From positions 1-63,912 of the forward strand of contig DUDF01000145.1 in assembly GCA_012959435.1 (NCBI GenBank): a DNA stretch of 63,912 nucleotides, given 5' to 3'. The notes below the pieces were generated by a model, which ran no database searches, was not told where the DNA came from, and saw only the letters and a program-made list of their open reading frames with translations. How positions within the stretch are numbered: the first letter of the stretch is position 1; each line of letters opens with the position of its first letter. This stretch comes from Candidatus Poseidoniales archaeon. GTDB lineage: Archaea; Thermoplasmatota; Poseidoniia; Poseidoniales; Thalassarchaeaceae. Positions 19,171 through 28,684 of the stretch are shown piece by piece. The position numbers were made by a program, and so were the translations under genes.

Positions 19171-19755
19171 ATGGAGGAGAGGGCGAGGTTCGTGTGGGGT
19201 ACAGATGGCTTATGGCCGGGGCCCATTGAATTTGATGATTCTAGACTTCTAGACTACCCTCTACATATTGAATTTCGAAACCAAAGAGTATCAGGACTAC
19301 CTTTCAGTATACTAAGGGATTTTATTGAAGAAAATGAAGATGTCCAAATTGATGCAGGCGCTACATCTCACAAAGATGTAATGGATTTACTGATGATTGG
19401 ATGTCAACGAACAACCATTGATATCTTTGCTAAAGACAAAGAAATCGCACTCGGTCATGCGGTAACAGAGCGAGTAATGGTGAGGATAAAACTTCCAAGT
19501 GAAGTTTCCCTTACTTACATTACTGACACACTAACACCTCGACTACTAGAAGTAAAACAGTTCGGACCACATTCAGCCGTGTTGATTAGTCAGAGGAAAG
19601 GAGACCTATCTTTTGTAATGGATAGATTGCCTGCCATCCTACGGCAGTCATTCACTTGGTGGCTTGCCCCAGATGAAGGGCATATGGTGTCACTTAGAAG
19701 TGATGACCATATCGCTGGGTGGGTACTTGATGGTGCACGCATACTAGGTGATTAG
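19171..19755 (+). CDS. Hypothetical protein, possibly a degenerate HisA/HisF-like barrel
   Basis: VQIDAG.TS.KDVMDLLMIGCQRTTI resembles the HisA-like segment (VQVGGGIRS.EDV..LL..G..RVVI). Confidence 0.5.
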   Translation: MEERARFVWGTDGLWPGPIEFDDSRLLDYPLHIEFRNQRVSGLPFSILRDFIEENEDVQIDAGATSHKDVMDLLMIGCQRTTIDIFAKDKEIALGHAVTERVMVRIKLPSEVSLTYITDTLTPRLLEVKQFGPHSAVLISQRKGDLSFVMDRLPAILRQSFTWWLAPDEGHMVSLRSDDHIAGWVLDGARILGD

Positions 19756-20368
19756 ATTGAGTCAGGTAAGCGAGGCAGAACATGACATTCGTCGTCTCCT
19801 AGCTATGACTTGGAGAACTTGGGGGAATGAACCTCTTGATGCAAGTTCAATAACTCGGACATGGAGTCTTGACCTTGGTTGGTTAGCGCCAACTGATGCT
19901 GAAATTCTATTGACTAAACTCCTTGCAAAAGGGTGGTTGGTATCCAAAGATGACAGACTTTCAACAAATACTGAACTAGATAATGTATCTGTCCCCCTAG
20001 GATGGTTCCCCCGGACTACAGTCTTAGAGCAACCACCTAATTGCCCCCAAGGAAATGCTGAAATTAAGAATTCAAGTAAATCAGATAACAATATTTCACA
20101 AGAAAAAGACCGAATCTATAAAACTGATAATGAATCAAATACACCAGTGTCAAAATCTATAATTGTAAATACTGGCCAACAATCATTCAATGTCCCGGCA
20201 TTATTACAATTGATCTCAAAAGAATCTAATCTTGCGCGCCAAGAAGTAATGAGAAGGGCGCAACGAAAGCGCAAATCCCTAGGTCACATCACTGCCTGGA
20301 TGGCTTTGATTTTAGTGGCAAGAGAATTACAAGTTGATATTGAGAATCTTATCCCATCAGATGAATGA
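19748..20368 (+). CDS. DUF2240-family protein
   Basis: WSLDLGWLAPTDA..L...L..GWL...V.VPLGWFP and C-terminal ALILVARE pattern. Confidence 0.72.
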   Translation: MIRLSQVSEAEHDIRRLLAMTWRTWGNEPLDASSITRTWSLDLGWLAPTDAEILLTKLLAKGWLVSKDDRLSTNTELDNVSVPLGWFPRTTVLEQPPNCPQGNAEIKNSSKSDNNISQEKDRIYKTDNESNTPVSKSIIVNTGQQSFNVPALLQLISKESNLARQEVMRRAQRKRKSLGHITAWMALILVARELQVDIENLIPSDE

Positions 20369-20378
20369 TTGGTTGAAA

Positions 20379-22970
20379 TCAATCTATCTGAGCATTTTCA
20401 TTATCTCTAAGACTATCTGCTGTTAGTAATAGGGGCATCAAACCAAGTGCTAAAATTAGAGAAAATAATACAGTTAGAGAAGTGACTACCCCGAAATCCT
20501 GAACAACTGGCATCGGCGATAGTCTGAGAACCAAGAATCCACAAATAGAGGTCCCTGCTGAAAGAAGCAGTGCTACTCCGGTAGTGGCGTGCATCTCCTT
20601 AACCGCCTCCCATGGCTCCAACTTCTCTTTCAAATCCTCATACTTTCGCCACACGTGGATTGAATAATCAATACCTAAACCAATCGTAAGAGCTGTGACC
20701 ATCACAGTTAATACATTCCAGTTGAGATTCAACAATGCCATTGCTCCAACAACCCAAATTGCGGCAATTGCCACAGGAGTAACTACAATTATTGAAAGTC
20801 CGATGCGGCGGGTTAATGCAAATAGAACAATAGTTGACACAATTAGGCTGATGACTGTTGATTCTAGTTGAGAAGTAGTTAATCCTTCTAAGACTAGATT
20901 GAGCCTCACTGGGTCACCGCTAACGAACATCGCTGCCTGAATCCCATATTTACCACTAGATTGCGAAATTACTGTTTCCAAACCTTCAACCGCTTCAATC
21001 GATTCACTGTTACTCGAAACTTGGACCATAATTTCAGTCCTCATGAATTGTAAACACCCATTGGCGCACCCACTCTGTGAGTCAAATGACAGGTATGCCA
21101 CATCTCCTACTCGCTCAGACCATGTTGACCCAGATAGCGCATCTCCTACTGACTGATTTTCACTTAATTCAATGAGAGCTTCTACAGCATCGCCTGTATT
21201 GTAATCATTTCCAACTAAGTCATCCCCAATAACTCTCAATCCATGACGAACCCCAAATTCAGTATCACCCTCAATTGCGTCTTGCAACACTGTGTGTATT
21301 GACTCAATCATCGGCTCGCCATCGCCGACAGCACGTGGTATTACGACACGCGGCGCTAATTCTAGACGGTGATTCATTATCTTACTAGCTTCAATGAATT
21401 CTAAATCGTCAACAATCGCTACTTGGCCAGGCAGTGGCTCTGATAAGATATAGATTGGCCGCCAACCTGTTGCCTCATATGAGGTGTAGATATCAGCACG
21501 AACTTGCATGACTTCCATATCATCAGCCAAGAAATCTGTGAGGTCAAATTCGGTTTCCAATTTTGCAGCAGCCGCAATAACACTGCCAACAGTCAACATC
21601 ACAACAAAAATTAGGGCAAATGCTTGCGTTCTTCTCTGAGTGATCACAACTTCCCGAGCTTTGACCTTCAACCCATCCCAATGGCTCTTAGGTCGGAATT
21701 TTTGCGCACTTTTCTCCATCAATACGTGCATGGAACCAACAACAATTGTTGAGGTTACAAATGCTGATACTACTCCAAAAGCCAAAGCCAAACCAAAAGA
21801 ACGAACAGGGGGCAAAGGAGACACCACATTTGATAGGAAAGCCGCCACAGTCGTAATGACCGTTAAAGTGAGGGCTAGATACAATTCATTTAGCGCCAGT
21901 GCCCATGCCTCAGGTGTATCAGACCCTTCAGACCGTCGTTTCTCATAACTCCTCTGAAGGTGTATGGAATAATCAATACCAAGTCCCAATACAACAGGTG
22001 CTACTGCGACATGTAACACCGAAAAGGTCGGAGTTATCGCTGCCAATGCACCGTAAGTCCAAACAATTGCCATTGAGAGGGCTGCTAGCGGAAAAATAAC
22101 CCCTCTTACTGAACGGAATGCAAAAGATAAGATTATCACCACTACGAGCAGTGCTCCAGCAATCAACCAAACTAGATTGTCTATTGTGCCTTCATTAATA
22201 TCATGACTTAGTACATCATCTGAAATCAAACCATAAGTTAGGTTCCCTTGTTCACCTAATGTATCAAATTGCAGACTTAAAAGATGGACCATATTTTGAC
22301 GCGCCTCGTCATCAAGGTCTGGTCTGATGTAAAGTACCCACAGGTTACTTGAAGCATAAGGTGTAGCATCTCCAGTTGTTCTATTTGAGTCAAGCCACAT
22401 ACAAGTTGTAGACTCGAATTGCAGATCTTTGTTTAGTAATGCATCCCTGCCAAAACTCGCTAGCATGATTAAATCATCATTTGTGGCACCATCAGCGCAT
22501 GTTTGCCCTTCGTCCAAAGTATCGTTAAGCAATTGTTCCCAAGAGGTTGCTTCACTCAATTTCGCGCCCGGTGACGTTTCATCGAGCCCCCTCTGAATGA
22601 TATCCGGGATTGCAATATATTCTGAAATAACTGGGCCATGGGATTCTGACCATGCTAATACATCATCCAAATCAGATTGTTGCTGCATAAGTGAATCAAT
22701 CGATAGGACATTGCCGCCACCATTAACTTCAACATGAACAAAAAGAGGAATGCGCTCCTTTCCGAACGCTTCTTCAATCATTTTTTCAGATGTATCATTT
22801 GGACCATCGGGGGCAAATGCTTCTAAATCAGTATGAAATGCAGGTAAAGGAAAAAGAAACAACCCGAAAATAAGAGTAATTACCACGGCCGTAAAAAGAA
22901 GTCCGAGCGAGCCTTTTTCAAACACTGAAATCAGGCGTGATGTACGGTCATCCGAAACACCCTCTTTCAT
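20379..22970 (-). CDS. MMPL/RND-family transporter
   Basis: Two repeats with GLGIDYSIH motifs and 12-TM architecture. Confidence 0.9.
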   Translation of the reverse strand: MKEGVSDDRTSRLISVFEKGSLGLLFTAVVITLIFGLFLFPLPAFHTDLEAFAPDGPNDTSEKMIEEAFGKERIPLFVHVEVNGGGNVLSIDSLMQQQSDLDDVLAWSESHGPVISEYIAIPDIIQRGLDETSPGAKLSEATSWEQLLNDTLDEGQTCADGATNDDLIMLASFGRDALLNKDLQFESTTCMWLDSNRTTGDATPYASSNLWVLYIRPDLDDEARQNMVHLLSLQFDTLGEQGNLTYGLISDDVLSHDINEGTIDNLVWLIAGALLVVVIILSFAFRSVRGVIFPLAALSMAIVWTYGALAAITPTFSVLHVAVAPVVLGLGIDYSIHLQRSYEKRRSEGSDTPEAWALALNELYLALTLTVITTVAAFLSNVVSPLPPVRSFGLALAFGVVSAFVTSTIVVGSMHVLMEKSAQKFRPKSHWDGLKVKAREVVITQRRTQAFALIFVVMLTVGSVIAAAAKLETEFDLTDFLADDMEVMQVRADIYTSYEATGWRPIYILSEPLPGQVAIVDDLEFIEASKIMNHRLELAPRVVIPRAVGDGEPMIESIHTVLQDAIEGDTEFGVRHGLRVIGDDLVGNDYNTGDAVEALIELSENQSVGDALSGSTWSERVGDVAYLSFDSQSGCANGCLQFMRTEIMVQVSSNSESIEAVEGLETVISQSSGKYGIQAAMFVSGDPVRLNLVLEGLTTSQLESTVISLIVSTIVLFALTRRIGLSIIVVTPVAIAAIWVVGAMALLNLNWNVLTVMVTALTIGLGIDYSIHVWRKYEDLKEKLEPWEAVKEMHATTGVALLLSAGTSICGFLVLRLSPMPVVQDFGVVTSLTVLFSLILALGLMPLLLTADSLRDNENAQID

Positions 22971-23081
22971 ACCCCGCCCACCCGCCACCCATTGATAAGT
23001 AAGAAGGCCGACGGGGGCGTTACAACTGCTATTCTTTTCCAAAGGTTCAAAATGGGGTCGCAAGTCGCCAAAACGATAGAC

Positions 23082-23342
23082 ATGGCAATCAAGGTACTAC
23101 TCAACGAGGGAAACGAGCTGCGAATTCGGTTAATTGGTGAAAGCCATACCGCATTACAACTGTTCAGAACACGACTAAACGACAACAAGGATGTTGAATA
23201 CTCAAATTACTTCACTGGCCATCCTGGCCTTGACGAACCGGAACTCTACCTAAGAGTCAAGAAAGGTAAGAATGCAACAAAAATTCTCAAGTCCATTAGT
23301 ACTGACTTAGTATCTGAATTCTCTACGATAAAACTCTCTTGA
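23082..23342 (+). CDS. rpoL: DNA-directed RNA polymerase subunit L (Rpo11)
   Basis: GESHT.LQL.R..L...V.Y..Y..GHP motif. Confidence 0.88.
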   Translation: MAIKVLLNEGNELRIRLIGESHTALQLFRTRLNDNKDVEYSNYFTGHPGLDEPELYLRVKKGKNATKILKSISTDLVSEFSTIKLS

Positions 23343-23354
23343 GGAGAATTGTGA

Positions 23355-24752
23355 ATGGACTCTGCTGGCATAGCCGCCACTTTAGGGCTTGACCAATGGG
23401 TTTGTGATGGCAGTGGTATTGGCGGTCTCATAAAAGTAAGAGTTGCTGATTTTAGAGTGACTGAAGAAGGAGCCATCCCGGCCCTAGACCCTAAAGGTCG
23501 TTTTACCGTTGCACGTGTCACTTTAGACAACTGGGAAACAAACCGTTTTGTTAACCGTCTAGCAAAACATTTGAAAATGTCTCGTAAGAGGATTTGGTTT
23601 TCTGGAACAAAGGATAAACGGGCCGTTACCACACAACTTTTTGTTATTGATGCTCCAACAAGAAAAGTTTCTGAAGTCGATATAACTGATGTGCAAATTG
23701 AAGTTTTAGGGCGCACACATCAAAAGTTGGCAATGGGCGCCCATACAAGCAACAGATTCAGTATCACAGTACGAGGGTGCGCAGATGAAGATGGGAAACC
23801 GTTAGATGAAGAAGCTGTAATTCAAGAAGTTGAAAAAATCCACGCTGCACTTGTAGAGAAGTTAGGCGAGGGTTTCTTTCCAAATTGGGTAGGGCCTCAG
23901 AGGTTTGGCTCAACTCGTCCTGTGACGCCAGTAGTTGGTAGACACGTTGTCAAAGGTGAATGGGAAGATGCTGTAAACGCATATCTCGGCATGGAAGGGC
24001 TAAACGAGCGAGTTGAAGTTGCTGAATTCAGGAGTCATTGGCGGGAAAACCATGATGTTGAGGCTGCAATAGAAATGATACCTAAACAATTAGGATACGA
24101 AAGAGATATACTATATTCATTGAAAAATAAACCAGATAACTGGATTCAAGCATTTAGAAAATTACCAAATAATCTGCAATTGATGACCATACATTCCCTT
24201 CAATCTCTGGCATTCAACCATTTATTGGGTGAACGAATTCGTTCGGGTATCTCAATTTCAAAGCCAGTCGTTGGCGATGTAGTTGGGCCAATTGACGGTT
24301 CGTCTAAAATTGATACTGGCAAATTAGCAACTGTCACAGAACCTTTAATGGAGAGAATTACTAGAAATTGTTTGATGGGGAGACTGGCAGTTTGTGGGAC
24401 TCTACTTGGAACAGAATCTTCCAATTCAAGCGGTGAAATTGCTAAATTGGAAAAGAAAATTATGAAACAATTAGAATTAGAATCTGTGACTTGGGTCATA
24501 GACAAAATCCCTCGCTTGACTACGCGTGGTACAAAACGCCCTCTAACTGGGAGTTACTCGGATTTGACATATCAGATTCAAACTGTTGTAGACTTGTCCG
24601 AAAATAGTAGTCGGTGGAAGGATGGCCCGGGGGAAAATGATCGCTGGCATGAAGATGGGGCTTGTATCAATTTCAAATTTAGTTTGCCACCAGGCACCTA
24701 TGCCACAACCTTGTTGCGAGAGTTCACTAGAGCACCCATACATCAATCGTGA
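23355..24752 (+). CDS. truD: tRNA pseudouridine(13) synthase
   Basis: DFRVTE, GTKDKRAVTTQ, PNWVGPQRFG and FSLPPGTYATTLLREF motifs. Confidence 0.95.
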   Translation: MDSAGIAATLGLDQWVCDGSGIGGLIKVRVADFRVTEEGAIPALDPKGRFTVARVTLDNWETNRFVNRLAKHLKMSRKRIWFSGTKDKRAVTTQLFVIDAPTRKVSEVDITDVQIEVLGRTHQKLAMGAHTSNRFSITVRGCADEDGKPLDEEAVIQEVEKIHAALVEKLGEGFFPNWVGPQRFGSTRPVTPVVGRHVVKGEWEDAVNAYLGMEGLNERVEVAEFRSHWRENHDVEAAIEMIPKQLGYERDILYSLKNKPDNWIQAFRKLPNNLQLMTIHSLQSLAFNHLLGERIRSGISISKPVVGDVVGPIDGSSKIDTGKLATVTEPLMERITRNCLMGRLAVCGTLLGTESSNSSGEIAKLEKKIMKQLELESVTWVIDKIPRLTTRGTKRPLTGSYSDLTYQIQTVVDLSENSSRWKDGPGENDRWHEDGACINFKFSLPPGTYATTLLREFTRAPIHQS

Positions 24753-24824
24753 ATTCAATTATAGAATCATTAATGACAAAATTGGTTGTTCGGTAAAAAG
24801 CCAAAAACCAAATTTTGAATTGAA

Positions 24825-25097
24825 TCACATTAAGCGACCAATTTCTAGAACTTCGATTTCACCCACACCAGTTATTGCACGGATTGCATCCTCAAAGTTG
24901 TCAACTGTTCCGTCACCTTCTTGAATGACGCAATATGCTTCAACGAACCTCATACCAAATGCTAACGGTTTAGTCTCAACTGACTGTACTACGCCGACAT
25001 CGTTTTCCATCTTTGAAAGATCTGCAGCAATTTCATCTGCACCTACTTCAGCATTCGGATGGACCATTATCTTGTATCTAATCGCAACTTCACCCAT
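24825..25097 (-). CDS. ef1b: Archaeal translation elongation factor 1-beta
   Basis: MGEV...KIM, KPLAFGM, EDAI.AI.GVGEIEV pattern. Confidence 0.92.
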   Translation of the reverse strand: MGEVAIRYKIMVHPNAEVGADEIAADLSKMENDVGVVQSVETKPLAFGMRFVEAYCVIQEGDGTVDNFEDAIRAITGVGEIEVLEIGRLM

Positions 25098-25107
25098 TCA
25101 AATCACC

Positions 25108-25275
25108 TCAAGGTCCTTGGAATCCACAAGAAACGCAGATGTAAGGTACGCCTTGATTTCGACATTGTGCTGAACGCCCAACTGGAGTATTGCATTTTGG
25201 ACAAGGGAATGATGTGGAATCCCGCTCAACTAGAGGCTTACCTGAAGCATTGCAGATGGTTGCTGTCTTTACCAC
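25108..25275 (-). CDS. Zn-ribbon microprotein (DUF1610/COG2888 family), 55 aa
   Basis: Manual translation MVKTATICNASGKPLVERDSTSFPCPKCNTPVGRSAQCRNQGVPYICVSCGFQGP; canonical position upstream of aEF-1beta; below the ORF-track cutoff. Confidence 0.88.
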   Translation of the reverse strand: MVKTATICNASGKPLVERDSTSFPCPKCNTPVGRSAQCRNQGVPYICVSCGFQGP

Positions 25276-25356
25276 TATCAATCACCGAATGAGCCGCCGA
25301 ACGGCCACCCCCTTTTGATGGTTGCCCATAGGCTCGAATATTACTCAGTCAAGAGT

Positions 25357-25770
25357 TCAAGCCTGAATCACTGACAACTTCCCTGTTCGACCTGAACTTA
25401 CAACTAATTCACCATGTGAGCGGCGGCACCATCCGTTAGAAATTCTGATGACGTCTCCGGTTCTTACTTTGTCGACTTGGTCACCCCATAGCACCAATCC
25501 AACAACCCCTGTTTCATCTCTTCCACAAGCAGCTGCAACTGGGCCACGATAATTTGCTGAATGAATTTGGCGACGTGGATATCTTCGTAATACTAGGACT
25601 TCCAGTTTTCCTACTTGTTGGCCGGCATTCAATTGATTGACTTTCATCAATTGTTTCTCTACATCAGTTCCTGAATTGTTCTTAACCGAATGGAGATGGC
25701 GTAATATTGCTGCACGCCTTGCACTTCTTCTTTCATCATCGTTCACTTTTTGGCTCATTGTCTGGGTCAT
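25357..25770 (-). CDS. Single OB-fold nucleic-acid-binding protein (SSB/RPA-like) with basic N-terminal helix
   Basis: KVNQL..G.....LEV.V...DETGVVGLVLWGDQVDKVRTGDVIRISNGW...GELVVSSGRTGKL matches single-OB archaeal SSBs. Confidence 0.82.
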   Translation of the reverse strand: MTQTMSQKVNDDERRSARRAAILRHLHSVKNNSGTDVEKQLMKVNQLNAGQQVGKLEVLVLRRYPRRQIHSANYRGPVAAACGRDETGVVGLVLWGDQVDKVRTGDVIRISNGWCRRSHGELVVSSGRTGKLSVIQA

Positions 25771-25819
25771 AATACCATCAAACACCTTGCGGTAGTATAG
25801 AGTTACGGAGAGAGGTGAC

Positions 25820-25866
25820 TGAAAGTGAAACGGCGGGGGCTATGCCCCCACTAATTGAAAGTGAAA
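25820..25866 (-). promoter_or_regulatory. Paired TTTCACTTTCA boxes (25856-25866, 25820-25830, minus strand)
   Basis: TGAAAGTGAAA occurs twice on + strand, 36 bp apart, upstream of the OB-fold gene. Confidence 0.7.
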
Positions 25867-25892
25867 ATTTTCAAATTCCAATGCGTTAATGA

Positions 25893-26639
25893 TTATTTAG
25901 CCCGATGAACTGAAAATCCAATGGGGCCAGAATCATTTACTTCTTCATCTTCTGAGTTAATGATAAAGCCTTGATCGGCCAATTCCTTCTCCACAGCCAT
26001 CCTTATTGATATTTCGTCGCCATCAATTTTATTGGCGGGCAACCGATTTTTACAAACAAGGTAGACTTCAGAAGATGAATTTCTGCTAGCAACAGGTGAA
26101 AATCTCTGGACTTTTGAAAAACGGATTTTAGCAGCCCTCACAATAGCCTCAATCCCTCGACCCTGAAACACCTTCGTAATGAATGAACCACCATCATTTA
26201 ACAAAGGGATTGCAAAATCCATTACCATGCAAACCAAATCAACTGAAATCGCTTGGTCCATTTCGTATTGCCCTGTTAATCTAGGTGAAATATCAGAAAC
26301 TATCGCATGTATTGGTTTCCTTTGAAGCATCTCAAGAATCAGTCTTTGAGTACTCTCTTCAGTGATATCTCCAACCATTAATTCCACACCTGGAATCGGC
26401 TCACATGGCCTAAGGTCAATTGCAATCACACGACCGGTTTCACCAGTTAACTCAACAGAGACTTGTGACCAGCCCCCTGGGTGGCATCCAACATCAAGAA
26501 CAGTATCCCCTTCTCTGATTAAATTGAACTTTTCTTGGCACTGCAGTAATTTGTATGCAGAACGTGAGCGATATCCCGATGACTTCGCCTTTCGGCGCCA
26601 CGGGTCGCGGCGGTGCTCATTGTACCACCTCTTACTCAT
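25893..26639 (-). CDS. rlmE: 23S rRNA U2552 2'-O-methyltransferase (FtsJ/RlmE)
   Basis: YRSRSAYKL, DVGCHPGGWSQ, SDISP, KVFQG and SRNSSSEVY motifs. Confidence 0.94.
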   Translation of the reverse strand: MSKRWYNEHRRDPWRRKAKSSGYRSRSAYKLLQCQEKFNLIREGDTVLDVGCHPGGWSQVSVELTGETGRVIAIDLRPCEPIPGVELMVGDITEESTQRLILEMLQRKPIHAIVSDISPRLTGQYEMDQAISVDLVCMVMDFAIPLLNDGGSFITKVFQGRGIEAIVRAAKIRFSKVQRFSPVASRNSSSEVYLVCKNRLPANKIDGDEISIRMAVEKELADQGFIINSEDEEVNDSGPIGFSVHRAK

Positions 26640-26689
26640 AGAAACCGCGCCGCCGGCGCGCCTATGTAAAGGAGACCCGTCCGACAACC

Positions 26690-27706
26690 ATGCACAAGAA
26701 TCACTTGATGGCCTTACTAATGGTCACAACCTTGTTGATTCTGCCGTTCAACACACTAGTGACAACTGCAAGTGAAGAATCAACGAAATGTGAAGGGCTA
26801 TCTTGTACAAATTCTTGGCCTGAATCAGTTGACCAAGTTGTTATTCTCAGAGAATCAACAGCAATTTGGTGCGAGGTATGTGCAGAAGTTGACCCAGTAA
26901 TTTCAGAATTCGTTGAAGGCAGGCCAGGACAAGTGACTAGAATAGCACTCCATCCAGATGATGGAGTTGATTTATTGGGAAACAGAGTTGCAACAAACCA
27001 ATCTTGGAAAATGGGTCAGAATCCATTAGAGGCTGAGTATCCCACTATTTGGATGGGGGATCAACAACCTAGTAGCGGCTTGATTACTAGAAACGCACTA
27101 CACAAGGGATTCCTCTCTGCTGCTGGCAATAGTCAGCAAGAAATTTCAATTAACACCCATAATAGAACAGAGATCGGAGATTTGGGTGATGAATTTTGGC
27201 CACTCGAAATACAAACATATCTGCCAACAACAAGTGGTACTTTCACCTTCATTATCACAGAAGATCAAGTTGAAATTGAAAAACCTGAATTATTCAACGG
27301 AATTAGATTTCATCAAGGTGTAGCTAGGTCTGCAGCCGTCATCAATTCATCTAGTGGAGAATTATTATTTTCAGAACCAACGGGTGCATGGCAATTAGGG
27401 GATTTCTCAATCCAAAATAATGGCATAACCTTTGTCAACCTTACTTATCAATTCCCGAATAATCAAGGAGTTGTTGCTGATAATTCAAAGTTAACGGTAA
27501 TTGCTGAAGACTCAGAGGGCGTAGCGATTGCCGCTGCTACGACCCCAAGAGTTCTGGTAATGTCTAATCCATCTCATTCATCAACAGTTAAAATCGGATT
27601 GTCGCTAATGTTAGTTGGACTGTTGCTAGCAAGCCCTTTGTTGAATGGTAAAAAACCAACTAGAAACGAAAGAAAAGAACAGGTAGCAGCGGAATCAGAA
27701 GAATGA
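26690..27706 (+). CDS. Secreted membrane-anchored CxxC thioredoxin-like protein (Omp28-like)
   Basis: Signal peptide, ESTAIWCEVC, IALHPD, YPT and C-terminal TM helix. Confidence 0.65.
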   Translation: MHKNHLMALLMVTTLLILPFNTLVTTASEESTKCEGLSCTNSWPESVDQVVILRESTAIWCEVCAEVDPVISEFVEGRPGQVTRIALHPDDGVDLLGNRVATNQSWKMGQNPLEAEYPTIWMGDQQPSSGLITRNALHKGFLSAAGNSQQEISINTHNRTEIGDLGDEFWPLEIQTYLPTTSGTFTFIITEDQVEIEKPELFNGIRFHQGVARSAAVINSSSGELLFSEPTGAWQLGDFSIQNNGITFVNLTYQFPNNQGVVADNSKLTVIAEDSEGVAIAAATTPRVLVMSNPSHSSTVKIGLSLMLVGLLLASPLLNGKKPTRNERKEQVAAESEE

Positions 27707-27824
27707 TTTGAGTTTTCACCCAAACACGGATATTTGAAAGTGGACCCAAATAAACTGTTTGCCTTCCTGCTTCAGAAGCAATTCTTCGCTGCATTTATAC
27801 CCTGCCAGTGTACTATTTACACTA

Positions 27825-28109
27825 ATGGACGGGAAAACCGGAACACCAGAGGAGCACGACACTGCACCGCTCCCAATGCGAGAGTGGCTCGTTGAGTACA
27901 TCGTAGAGCGTGCACAGAAAGAAACACTACATTGCCTGACCGTTTTACGCGGAAGAAATGTAGAAGATGTACAGACTAGACTGTATTCAGAACTTCGCGA
28001 GAATTTCCCTCTAGAACTGAAACTTGAAGTTACTGTGACTCGAATGGTGCCTGTTGATGTAGATACAGATGAAGCGCTTTTCGAAATGCAGGGGACATAC
28101 CAACCTTAG
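27825..28109 (+). CDS. Hypothetical protein (94 aa)
   Basis: ATG about 25 nt after TTTATA; globular-looking sequence; no family recognised. Confidence 0.65.
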   Translation: MDGKTGTPEEHDTAPLPMREWLVEYIVERAQKETLHCLTVLRGRNVEDVQTRLYSELRENFPLELKLEVTVTRMVPVDVDTDEALFEMQGTYQP

Positions 28110-28684
28110 GTATTCCAAGATCCGTTGTCATGCTTTTTCCGAAGAATGAAGAAGAGTACGAATGTTAAAACCGCTGCTATGTGAGCCAATGTACAGAATG
28201 GACAGATAATTACTGCGTCCTCATGTAGAAATAATTCCACCGAAACAAGCCATGCAACTGGAACTAAACCTGCTCCTGAAATGATTGTCCCGGCATTAAT
28301 CCAAGAATGAACCCAACTACTATTTGATTCATCTAAAAAGAGTGAGAGGGCAATGAGTCCTAAGATAGTGAACGCAAGAAGCCCCATAAGGCCCCACTCA
28401 ATTCCTATTATTGGCATTGTATTCCAATTATAATCTCCAATTAATGCAGAACAACCTGCAGAAGTACATGATTGAGTGGCTCCTGTGGCTTCCAAATCAT
28501 TCTTGATTATTATAGTCCATACTGATGCAATCATACCACCAAATGTGAATATACAAAGGCCAAGCAAACTTCTACGAGTATCTGTTAATCCGCTTTTGGA
28601 AAAAAAATCTTTACTTTGGGGAAGGCAGGGAAATATCCCTAATACCAACACTGCACCAATAACTAACAGCATTGTGTCAACCAT
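28106..28684 (-). CDS. Vitamin K epoxide reductase (VKOR) family protein
   Basis: Loop cysteines SC...GC, GIEWGLMG, and ICPFCTLAH active-site CxxC. Confidence 0.9.
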   Translation of the reverse strand: MVDTMLLVIGAVLVLGIFPCLPQSKDFFSKSGLTDTRRSLLGLCIFTFGGMIASVWTIIIKNDLEATGATQSCTSAGCSALIGDYNWNTMPIIGIEWGLMGLLAFTILGLIALSLFLDESNSSWVHSWINAGTIISGAGLVPVAWLVSVELFLHEDAVIICPFCTLAHIAAVLTFVLFFILRKKHDNGSWNT

